Below are positions 25,170 to 34,899 of a stretch of DNA of 38,795 nt, one piece after another. The stretch is from Psammoneis japonica (lineage: Eukaryota). The stretch is taken from the NCBI GenBank assembly GCA_008632985.1, contig QPGO01000364.1:1-38795 (forward strand), in the 5' to 3' direction. Both the position numbers and the translations under genes were made by a program. The number at the start of each line of letters is the position of its first letter. The stretch's first letter is position 1. The notes under the pieces were generated by a model. That model saw only the letters and a list, made by a program, of their open reading frames with translations, ran no database searches and was not told the DNA's origin.

Positions 25170-25539
25170 TGGTGGTTGTCCGTACAAATGCCACAATGCC
25201 ACATGTGGCATTTCTTTCTATGGTGAAACTGGTGCTGATTCTACGTAATGCCACATAAAATGCCACATTTTGCGCATGAAAAAGCGTGCCGGCGATTGAT
25301 TCGTGGCCCCCGACTGCGACGAACTCATTTCTCATGTGTTCAGAAGCCTTCCAATGCTTCTTCTGATCACTTTTCCCTCATGTTAACCATGCGCCCCTGT
25401 GCCCTGCAGTGTTTAATGCTTTGCCATCAACGGCAAAACAATTGGGGATCATTGGAAAAACAGTGGTGGCATTTGGGATCAAAATGCCATGTTCATGCCA
25501 CATTTAGGGCAAATGTGGCATTTGTGCAGATGACCACTA
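25170..25539. mobile_element. MITE (~370 bp) with ~25-bp TIRs and repeated AATGCCACA/TGTGGCATT subterminal motifs
   Basis: CTGGTGGTTGTCCGTACAAATGCCACA versus reverse complement of the right end CTAGTGGTCATCTGCACAAATGCCACA. Removal restores ..ACAASKKTKDPD. The TSD is TA or CTAG (ambiguous, palindromic site). Confidence 0.85.
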
Positions 25540-25725
25540 GCAAGAAGACCAAGGACCCTGACATGCCTTCGTCACACAATGCTCTGAAAGGACCGGATGC
25601 CGAAGAATGGATTGAGGCAATGAAAATCAAAGTCAATGCACTCATGCATCATCAAGCCTGGAAAGCAGTCAAGCATCAGCTGCATGTGAATGTACTTCCA
25701 GGTACATGGGCACTTAAGCTCAAGA

Positions 25726-26119
25726 CGCGTTCCAGCTCTAGGTGGGACCTCGTACTGCTGAACTGTGACACAATTATTTTTTGTCATCCGTCGCATGTTT
25801 CTCACGTACATTTCTACGTGTTCTCTGTCATAAAAAATTGTTCCACACTGCCTGTTTTGCGAAGCCAAAGGCTTTCTGTTGTCCACATTTATGACAATAA
25901 AAATGCACTGGGTGTGTTCTTTAATGTCTGAAGAACACACCTGGGCACACTGTAAAGAATGTGCTTCAAGTGTGGAGGAGGAGATACGTTCGCAAAATTG
26001 CCTCTTTTTCTGTTGGCGATTATTCATGTATCCATTGCTTGACAATTTTACTACGGAGCTCGCACGTAGAATTCTATGGGCCCAATGTCACAAAAAGTCC
26101 CACACAGGACTGGAACCTG
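25726..26119. mobile_element. MITE (394 bp), hAT-like, inserted in the RT of element C
   Basis: Imperfect ~25-bp TIRs (CGCGTTCCAGCTCTAGGTGGGAC vs CAGGTTCCAGTCCTGTGTGGGAC). Flanks GCTCAAGA / TCTCAAGA (8-bp TSD, 7/8). Removal restores TWALKLKRLPDG. Confidence 0.8.
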
Positions 26120-27630
26120 TCTCAAGAGACTCCCAGATGGAACCCCTCTGAAGCACAAGGCCTGACACTGCGTCTGCAGTGATTTACAGAAAGAGGGAGT
26201 GGATTGTTTTGAAACCCATGCGCCGGTCGTGCAGTGGTCCAGCATCTGACTCATGCTCACCACAGCATTGAAGGAAGGATGGATTGCACGTCAGGTGGAC
26301 TTTGCCACAGCCTTCTGCCAAGCCGACATCGCGGAGGAAGTTTGTGCAAACACCGCCAAAGGGTTTTGCAGCAAGGTCGGGACTCAATGTGGTTTTCAAA
26401 CTTTTGAAAGGACCACATGGCCTAAAACAGTCTCCCAAGGGCTTCTACAAGAAGTTAAGAGCTGGTTTAATCAAGCACGGATGGGCACCCTCAGCCATGG
26501 ACCCCTGTTTGTATTTCAAAGAGGGTGTGATGTGTGTGGTGCACGTCGACAACACAGCATTTGCTGGAGCTTCAGCTGAAGCTCTAGAAGAAGAAATTTG
26601 CAAGTTAGGAGTTTCCGACGATGAGCATCGACACGTGTTTGAACTCAGAGACAAAGGAGAAGTCGGTGACTTTCTTGGTGTCAAGATCGAAAAGCTCTCC
26701 AAGGGTCAATTTCTACTCACTCAACCTGGTCTAATTGACAAGGTCCTGCGCACCGCACAGATGCAGGATTGCAATGGAGCATCCACTCCAGCTCTGCCTG
26801 CGGCCATTGGTGCCGACACGGATGGCCCACCTTTTGATGAACCCTGCCATTGTCGCTCAGTTGTTGGAATGTTGATGTGCTTGGCAGCGAACAGCCGGCC
26901 AGACATTGCGCATGCTACACATCAAGCAGCTCGATTTTCATTTGCACCCCAAGCGTCCCACGCTGCTGCAGTGAAGCAGATGCTCCGATGCCTCAAAGCC
27001 ACTGCTGCTGAAGGTCTCATTCTCAAGCCTGCGCAAGATCATCAAGTTGATTGTTGCGTTGATTCTGACTTCGCGGGGTCATTTGGTGTGGAAGATGGTC
27101 AAGACCCAGTTTCTGTCAAGTCCAGGACTGGACACCTCATCCACTGCACCGGCTGCCCGCTCATCTGGGTGTCCAAGCTGCAGACTCTTGCAGCATTGTC
27201 GACCATGGAAGCGGAACATGTCACACTTTCTCAAGCCATGCGCAATCTCATCCCTGTTCATGAAGTTCTCAAGGAGCTCAACCACCATGCATTCAGAAAG
27301 TCTGACCGCCAAAACCCCACCACGACTCACTCCAAGGCTTTTGAGCTCGCAAACCAAGGCACCGATGACTCGCCTGTTGAGCAGAATGTCCCACCTGTGT
27401 CCATTGTGTACGAAGATAACTCCACATGCCTCAAGTTCGCATGTGTGCCCAAGTTGTCTCCACGAACCAAACACATCGGTATCCCACACCACTGGTTTAG
27501 GACTAAAGTTGAACAATTGGAGATCGACATCCAACCCATCAGCACTCCAGAGCAACTGGCCAATCAGTTCATGAAGGGACTGCGGACCGATGCATTCTGT
27601 GCAGCTAGAAAGGCTCTTGTGGGCTGGTGA
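26120..27630 (+). pseudogene. pol: RT-RNase H of element C (RT begins ~25540)
   Basis: EGVDCFETHAPVVQW, QVDFATAF, HGLKQSP, DPCLY, VHVDN, FLGV, VGMLMCL..NSRPDIA, VDSDFAG, LSTMEAEH, YEDN, RTKHI. Confidence 0.93.
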
Positions 27631-27651
27631 GCTCTCTCGGTTGAGAGGGAG

Positions 27652-27887
27652 AGTCACGACTCAACGTCATTCTGGTCACATCTCACGACTGCAACCCAGA
27701 CTCAACTCTTTTCTTCGAAACATCTGGCTCATCTCACAATCCGATTCAAAACAGAACCAACGACTTTCATCACAATATCTAGACAACGACTTTGAACCAA
27801 GCGTCTGTTCACTCTGTTGTTGTTCACATTGCTGCCAACCTCCAAAGTCTTATCCATCCTGCCAAGCTGCAGGACTGTGTCTCGACT
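27652..27887 (+). repeat. 3' LTR of element C
   Basis: Follows the PPT; AGTCACGACTC...TCTCGACT, then TSD TGCAC. Confidence 0.92.
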
Positions 27888-28139
27888 TGCACAGCAGCAG
27901 CAATGCAAATGGGTGTGTCTTTAACAGGCTGGTGCTCTTTGGAGCATGGTGTGCAACCACGATGTGGTCAGCACTGGAGCACATGAAAAAATTGGACCCC
28001 ACAGCAAGTGTCAGCATCCAAGTTGAAGTGGTTTGTTGCCACAGCATCGGGCTTCCCAGCTGATGCCACCATTTTTTGGAAATTTCCCAGACAAATGTGC
28101 AGTGTCAGCAGGTGTGAGAAAACATGAATGAATGACTCA

Positions 28140-28372
28140 GCATGGTTCTGCTAGGAGCTGTGTGGTGCACACACACCTCTTGATGCATCCTGTGTTCCTT
28201 GCAAATGTCCTTGGTCTGGCTTTCTGCCATTTCCAGTGTGCCATCTGACACAAGGGTTTGCGGAACACCAACGGTCATGGATGAATGACATGATGGCATC
28301 AGGACAGTTCTGCTTCCTTTTCCAGCAAGGACAAAACCTGTCGCACCCAGTTCTGTTGGTGAAAATGCCACC
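28140..28372 (-). mobile_element. pol: Copia family B, copy 2, integrase piece
   Basis: DAIMSFIHD, GVPQTLVSDG, KDICKEHRMHQ; colinear with ~18010-18215 and ~37835-38040. Confidence 0.8.
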
Positions 28373-28374
28373 CC

Positions 28375-31300
28375 CTGAATGCACACAGAAATGGGTTGCA
28401 AATGGCAGTCTTCAACCACCTTGTTTGTTGGTGGTGTGATCCAAGATCCATTGGGTAAACACCGAATGGGATGGTGTGCTGTGCCTCTGGCACATCGAGC
28501 GTCAAAACCTTCAAGACGATTGAGGGAGCCAGCAGACAAAACCCATGTTGCCGATCCAAAAACAGTGTCTGTTGTACAATTGTTCAATGGAACCTGCCCA
28601 TTGTTTCAACAGATGCTCCATCAGCTTGTGACAACTTTGAAAACCGACTCCAAATGTGTCTTGCATGCAAACATGCACAGCATTGTCTTCTGAATCGTCC
28701 GATGCTAAGATTCGTCCAAGATGCCAAAAACTTGAAACACATTCAATTGGTTTGCCATCAATTTCAAAAGGAACAGACTCATCTGAGATCATCAAACATT
28801 GTTGATTCAAAAGGATCCATGCTCGACGTTCCGATTGAGCAATGCAAAACTGGGATTGGAAGTGTTTCTCTGTCAAACAAATGACCAACATGCCACAACG
28901 AGGGCATTGAACAAATTGTGAAGGGGTTCCAGTCAAATGGAAATGATTCAACGGATGTCGGATGCACAGGTGACGGTGAAGGCTGCACGAATCATGAAAT
29001 GCAAACAAGTTGGTCAAGGAAGCTGGGCACTCAGGGACTGGGCAGACCACACATTCAGAGTTTAAACTGATTGAATGGTGATTGAGCGAAAGTGGAAGGT
29101 CAGTTGCACGTGAGCATTTGCAAGGTGGGGGCAAAGTGCAATCGTCTTCAGTGCTCACATTTTCATCAAGCACCAAATGATGGACATGGCGAATGTGAGC
29201 AGGCAAATGCTGATTGCTCATTGCACCACAGCAATGAGGACATGGCACTTTTGCAAGCTTCCGAGCACGATAAGCAGGAGTGTCATCGGAATCGAAATGG
29301 CACTTGCATGTGATGTTTGACATAAAGTCAGGATGAGGATGACCTGTGCTTGTCATTGCCTTTGTCTTAACGACATTTGGAAGCAATCCATTGTGAGCAA
29401 ACAAGTTCAGAAGTGCATCAAAATCTTCCTGTGCACTGTCCCTGTCAAAACCAGCGATTCGACCATCATCGGCACAAAACTCACCAACAGCACACAGTCA
29501 ACAATGACATTCAAAAACAAAGGAGAAAGGACATCTCCTTGCCAAATCCCTCGATCCAAGCCAACAGGTGAACCGTGGCACCCCATCTGTCAAAGCACAA
29601 GACAGGCATTGTCCCAGTTTCGGTGGAGAAATCATCGAACATTTGGACCAAAACCGCAGGCTTGCAAAACAACAAGCAAATGTTTGCGATCAACAGAGTC
29701 ACATGCTTTTGTCAAGTCAAGGAATGTTTGGAAGTGCGGAACAGCATGGAAAGCCTCCCATTGCATTTCCAATTTTGCTTCCAAAACAGCCATCTCACAA
29801 CCACGTTGAAAACGAAAGCCACGAATGTCAGGATGAAATCGAATCACTTGAACCACTCGCAGACACACAATCATTCCCCACAACTTGCACAGAATCTCCA
29901 AAAGAGTAATGCCACGAAATTTGCCGTGTTGATTCTTAGGAATGAGAACCAATGTTGCTTGTGAGTGGGCCATCAGAATTTTGTACCCCAGGAACGAAAT
30001 CTGAACCAAACCAATCATCAATTGCCATGCATCAGGAGCTTTTCGTTCCCACTCGAGCAAATGTTCGACTTTCATTTTGGAAGGACCAGGGGCACGACCC
30101 CAGTGCAGATGATGCAAAGCCTCCCGAATTTCGTCTTCTTCCGGCATCTCATGGGGGATGTCAAAAGGAGTGATCTGTGGGACAAGAGGAAGAGCAGCAA
30201 CAGGTTGCCATGAGTGCAACATTTCGCATTCATGACTGAGTCATTGGAGATCTTCAAACAACGGTTTTGACTGGAGGTTGCTTTGTTCACGACACCAGCC
30301 AGATGCAGTTTTTGGCAAGCCTCATGAACTTGTCCATTCATGAGATGATGTTCAGCTTGCAAAGCTGTTCGAGCTGCACATTCCTCATGATCCTTGCAAA
30401 AAGCAGCATGAATCTGGTGACCCAATGAGTGAAACTGAGAACAACATTCCGCATGACACAATCCCTGAATGGGTCTCTCAATTTGAGCATTGGTGTGCGA
30501 ACGAGTTTGTTTTGCCACTGGTGGATTGTCAAGATGATGATGAAATTTGTGCTGATGCACAAGAGCAGAGCGACAATCAATCAATCTCCACGTTTCTTGC
30601 AAAATCCACAAGGAATCATGTTGAGAAGGTCGAGATTGTTCACACTCTTTAGAAAGTGCACACAAAGAATCAAACATCTGATCCAGGCGATTCAAAGGCC
30701 AAACCAGTTGAATTGGGAACTTGTGAAGTTGTTGACACCATGAATGCTGAAGCTGAACAAGTTTCTTCAGTTGAATTTCCGTCACAATGGCCCGATGATC
30801 ACCATGGAACCGGGGCATTTTGACAACCCAACAAGAAAACTGTTGTGCCACAACACAATCCGTTGTAGAATGAATGCATGGCCTGATCTCCATTGAGACC
30901 AAGTCCATTTGCCACAAGGATGCGCAAAAAAGCTGCGACGTCCGACAAATCCAAAAGAGAGGTGAGAGTGGCAATCTCTTCATCTCGAGTCAAAGAAAGC
31001 CTGCTCAGATTGCAGTTGAAATCTCCCATGACAATGAAAGGGTGTTTTGCATTTCGAGCAGCTTGTCAAGAAAATTCAAAGTAGAGCCATCAACTTCTGA
31101 CAGAGGAAAATGGGCACCAACACAGATCCAACAATGATTGCCCAAAACCAAAGAGCAATGAAGAACATCAGGCCCAAATGCCTGAATGCCTTCAATTGTC
31201 CAACAAGAAGAATTGTGACAAAACAATGCGACACCTCCTTTAAAACCATCTGAACAAGTGGCATGTGCTGAACAGCCTTCACAATTTTGTGCACATTTGT

Positions 31301-31650
31301 CATGTGAAAGTTTGACTTCCATTGAGAATCCAAAATCAACCTGCATGTGATTCATCTGACGAAGTGCCATGTTCAAATTGTTCCCACCAGCATGGATGAC
31401 ATTGCAGGTGATCATCCGAGTGAGTCCATGATGAGACGACATGATGAAACATGGCAACACCAAAAAAAGGGGGTCTTTCAGAGCTTGCACGTGGGCTGTC
31501 ACAGGAAATTAACTCAGACCCAACATCAAGAAGCATTTGCAAGTTTGAAAAACATGATCAAGCAACAAAATGTTCAAAGAACTTTTCCAAAATGACACCA
31601 AAAACTGTCAATCCAACTCCAAAGGGAAGATGCCACACAGAGTCAAGGGC
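28375..31650 (-). mobile_element. Decayed non-LTR retrotransposon (APE endonuclease + RT, RTE-like) with C2H2-type fingers after the RT core
   Basis: APE: ITCNV, EVKL, GGVALF, MGDFN, DHRAI. RT: APGPS, LVLIPK..GKFRGITL, GFR..RG, FLDLTKACDSVDR, QGDVLSP, FCADDG (29479-29462), NVVKTK. Then CPHC..HIRHVH, CPVPEC..HLCIRH, CPRC, FWHLGR, FGSATW. Confidence 0.9.
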
Positions 31651-31722
31651 ATGAAAAGGTGACAGCAGCAATGCTTTTGCGTCAGAGCTGTGAGAAATGC
31701 CAGGCTTGCAAAACCTGGGGTG

Positions 31723-31723
<1 letters not shown>

Positions 31724-31807
<84 letters not shown>
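31724..31807. repeat. (TG)42 microsatellite
   Basis: Uninterrupted 84-bp TG run. Confidence 0.97.
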
Positions 31808-31809
<2 letters not shown>

Positions 31810-33060
31810 TCTGCTCATCACAATCAGGGCAGACATTGGCATGATGCCCATCATGGGACATGTTGACCAGGGGGCTGTCAAGCAGTGATGAAGAGCATCA
31901 TTGTCATTGGAGTCCAAAACAACATTCTTGTCATGATGCAAACACAGGTGTGAGTGAATCAAAGGGATTGCCAGCTCGTCAGTTGGAGAATTTGCTGATC
32001 TTTGGTGCACACCAACACACAACAATTCCTCCCTTTGTGCCAAAGCATCAGCAAGAAGTGGCTCCCACATCATTGGAAATGTCAGATCCAGGTGTGGAAG
32101 ATCATCCAAGTTATCCTGGCTCAGCTTGTGTGAGTCAAATGCCGATGCAAGCCTTGCAGGGGCAAAGGAATCCCAACCTTCAAGTCAGAAAAAGTGATGG
32201 AGGGGGCACTGCTCTTATCAAACTGTGGAGGAGCATTGTGGACAGTCAGTCCATTCACTCACAGTTGGTTGGGGCACAACAATGCACTCATCATTTGGTC
32301 CCCAAATGAACACAGCCTTGCAGACCAGCAGTGAGCATGGTTGGCCATCATCCTGGTCAACCAACATGGCAGCAGCTGTGCAAATGGGCACATCTTCAAC
32401 AGGCTCATTCCCTTTGGAACATGGGTGTGCAACCACCATGCAAATGGGCACACATTTAACAGGCTTGTTCCCTTTGGAGCATGGGTGTGCAACCACCATG
32501 CAGTCAGCACTGGGGCACACAACAAAATTGGACCCCGCAGCACAAGTGTCAGTGTGCGAGTCCAAGTCATTTGTCACCACAGCACCAGGCTTTCCAGCCA
32601 ATGCCACTGAGCAATGTGTGTCTGTTGGAAATCACCTGGATAAATGTGTGTTGCCAGTGGGTGCAGAAACATTCAATCCTGTGCCATTTGGCACTGGCAC
32701 AACCATTCATTGCTCTCTCAAAGCCTCATGGGTGCCAAGTCTGAATTGGCCACTTGCATTGGCAGCAGGCTTCTTGTCTGACTCATCTAAGTCCTTCAGT
32801 TCCTCATCAGGCTTGGACTCAGGTTCATCTGTCTCTTTGGGTCAGCAATGGCAACCTTCTTGACAGAATGAGTCTCCTCTTCTTTCTCTTCTTCTGAAGA
32901 GACAGAGTGAGCCTTGCACTTGCCATCAGCCTTGCATGCCTCACACAGCTTTTAACCTGGTGTTCCTGTTCCTCACAAGCTTTTTTCACTCATCAACAGG
33001 ATGATGGCTCACCCTGATCCCAGGCTTTTTCTTCTTCATGCCCTGTTTGCTCTCTCCCTT

Positions 33061-33681
33061 TGTTGTGGTGCACACACTTGCATGTCACCAGTGTGAACAA
33101 TGGTTGGATGTGCAGTCACCCTTTTGTGTGCATGTGACTGGTTGTGAGCAGCAATTTGCTTGCCTCTGTGGTGCAGCCGAGAGCCCAGAGAGCAGAGGTT
33201 GCAGGTTCAACACCTTGAATTCATGCAGAGAAGTCCACAGCAATGCAGGGGGGCAAATGCCTGTAAAACAGCCCAACTGACATGCTGAAAAAGCACGCGC
33301 AAGAAGAGCGCACAAAACATGCCTTCCAACCAGGGTGCAAGAAGCCAACAGGGTACGAGACACCTGACAAGAGCAGCCTTCACAACAACACAAACAACAA
33401 AATGCATCAAAGACACAAACACAATGTAAATCATGCCGACAGGTGCTGGAGACACCTCTCCTGTGATTGGACTCACAGTTGTGTTGCACAATGAAAACAT
33501 GCAAACATGTGCACCAGACACTGACAACCAGAAAACATCTGCTTCTGAATGCAATGCAAACCAACACACTTCGTGAACATCCAAACATTGGTTTGAAGGG
33601 GGTGTTGTGGCACACAAACTTTCACATCACCAGTGTAAATGATGGTTGGATGTGCAGTCACCCTTTTGTGCACATGTGACA
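33061..33681 (+). mobile_element. TRIM (miniature non-autonomous LTR element), 621 bp
   Basis: 79-bp LTRs at 33061-33139 and 33603-33681 (TGTTG...TGACW). TSD CCCTT at 33056-33060 and 33682-33686. PBS-like GGTTGTGAGC at 33140 and PPT GAAGGGGG before the 3' LTR. Non-coding interior. Confidence 0.9.
33162..33216 (+). promoter_or_regulatory. tRNA-derived segment with A-box/B-box (putative Pol III promoter) inside the TRIM
   Basis: GCCTCTG, then TGGTGCAG at tRNA positions 8-15, then GAGGTTGCAGGTTCAACACC (B-box GGTTCRANNCC). The A-B spacing is short and no anticodon arm is visible. Confidence 0.55.
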
Positions 33682-33784
33682 CCCTTGCTTTCTGCATCAA
33701 TGGTCCGGGTGTTGGCATTGTGGTTCTTGGCATTTTTGACCACCAGAGTCTTGATGTGCTGCTGGCAAGCTTCAAAATCCATGA

Positions 33785-34575
33785 TTTCAAGGAAAACAAA
33801 CACGCCATTTGAAGAAAAACAAACACGTCATTTCAAGGAAAACAAGCATGTCTTTTCAAGGAAAACAAACATGTGTTTTAAAAAAACAAACAAACATGTC
33901 TTTTCAAGGAAAACAAACATGTCTTTTCAAGGAAAACAAACATGTCATTTCAAGGAAAACAAACATGTCGTTTTCAAGGAAATCAAACATGTCTTTTCAA
34001 GAAAAACAAACATGTCGTTTCAAGGAAAACAAACATGCTGTTTCAAGGAAAACAAACATGTCGTTTCAAGGAAAACAAACATGTTGTTTCAATGAAAACA
34101 AACATGTTTTTTTAAGAAAAACAAACATGTCTTTTCAAGGAAAACAAACATGTCTTTTCAAGGAAAACAAACATGTCGTTTCAGGGAAAACAAACATGTC
34201 TTTTCAAGGAAAACAAACATGTCATTTCAAGGAACACAAACATGTCATTTCAAGGAACACAAACATGTTATTTCAAGGAAAACAAACATGTCTTTGCAAG
34301 GAAAACAAACATGTCGTTTCAAGGAAAACAAACATGTCTTTTCAAGGAAAACAAACACGTCATTTCAAGAAAAACAAACCTGTTGTTTCAACAAAAACAA
34401 ACATGTTGTTTTTAAGAAAACAAACATGTCTTTTCAAGGAAAACAAACATGTCGTTTCAAGGAAAACAAACATGTCATTTCAAGAAAAACAAACACGCCA
34501 TTTCAAGAAAAACAAACACGTCATTTCAACAAAAACAAACATGTCGTTTGGAGGAAAACAAACATGTCTTTTTGA
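33785..34575. repeat. Minisatellite, ~23-bp unit TTTCAAGGAAAACAAACATGTCN, ~34 copies
   Basis: Head-to-tail units with point variants and no spacers. Confidence 0.95.
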
Positions 34576-34589
34576 ACAAATGCCACCAT

Positions 34590-34765
34590 GACAGCTGAGA
34601 ATTGGTTGTGAGACAAGACAGAGTGTTGAACATCATCAACAGGTTCTAGAGTTGTGAGATGTTGCGCCGCTGGGGCCGCTGAACAAGCGACAGTGGACCA
34701 ATCGCCAACAGTGTGTGAGCTGCCTGCATTCGTGACAGCATGTCAGCATTCACTTAGTCCCCTCG
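34590..34765 (-). repeat. Probable PPT and 3' LTR of family B copy 3
   Basis: Minus strand reads GAGGGGACTAAG|TG at ~34764-34751, downstream of RNase H. The distal end is uncertain. Confidence 0.45.
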
Positions 34766-34899
34766 AACTGACACCAGCTCTGCTCGGGCCAGATCGACAG
34801 ACAAATGCAACCTGATGCTGCCCCATTCTAGGGTGGTGCTTTTGTTTTGGGGATGGGAAAAGCCACACCTGCGCAGCAAACCCGCTTGGTTTGTCCCCT

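Larger units (their letters stand above)
19893..27887 (+). mobile_element. Full-length decayed Ty1/copia LTR retrotransposon C, nested in family B copy 1
   Basis: Matched LTRs, TSD TGCAC (19888-19892, 27888-27892), PBS-like GGTTGTGGAGACC at 20105, PPT GAGAGGGAG at 27643-27651, and gag-PR-IN-RT-RH order. Confidence 0.95.
31808..33785 (-). mobile_element. gag-pol: Copia family B, copy 2 (gag end, protease, pre-integrase), interrupted by the TRIM
   Basis: Protease LDSHTDTCAAGSNF (~32570); gag end DFEACQQHIKTLV (~33780). Colinear with 18470-18920 and 38290-38795. Contains a 60-bp tandem duplication at 32381-32500. Confidence 0.8.

Noticed and set aside
9314..27630. Alternative genetic code or TGA read-through keeping pol functional
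   Set aside because: TGA stops fall at likely Arg positions (CGA->TGA decay), alongside frameshifts, insertions and broken catalytic motifs.
8263..27887. RNA editing (ADAR) or RT error as the cause of A->G changes
   Set aside because: Changes occur on both strands within one element, differ between paired LTRs and tandem duplicates, appear to affect DNA-transposon TIRs, and spare TAG.
33162..33216. Functional tRNA gene
   Set aside because: No anticodon arm or 3' acceptor strand and an imperfect T-stem; kept only as a tRNA-derived segment.
33785..34575. CRISPR array or repeat protein (ORFs 33809-34591 and others)
   Set aside because: Units are head-to-tail with no unique spacers and no cas genes; ORFs are open in several frames simply because the unit lacks stops.
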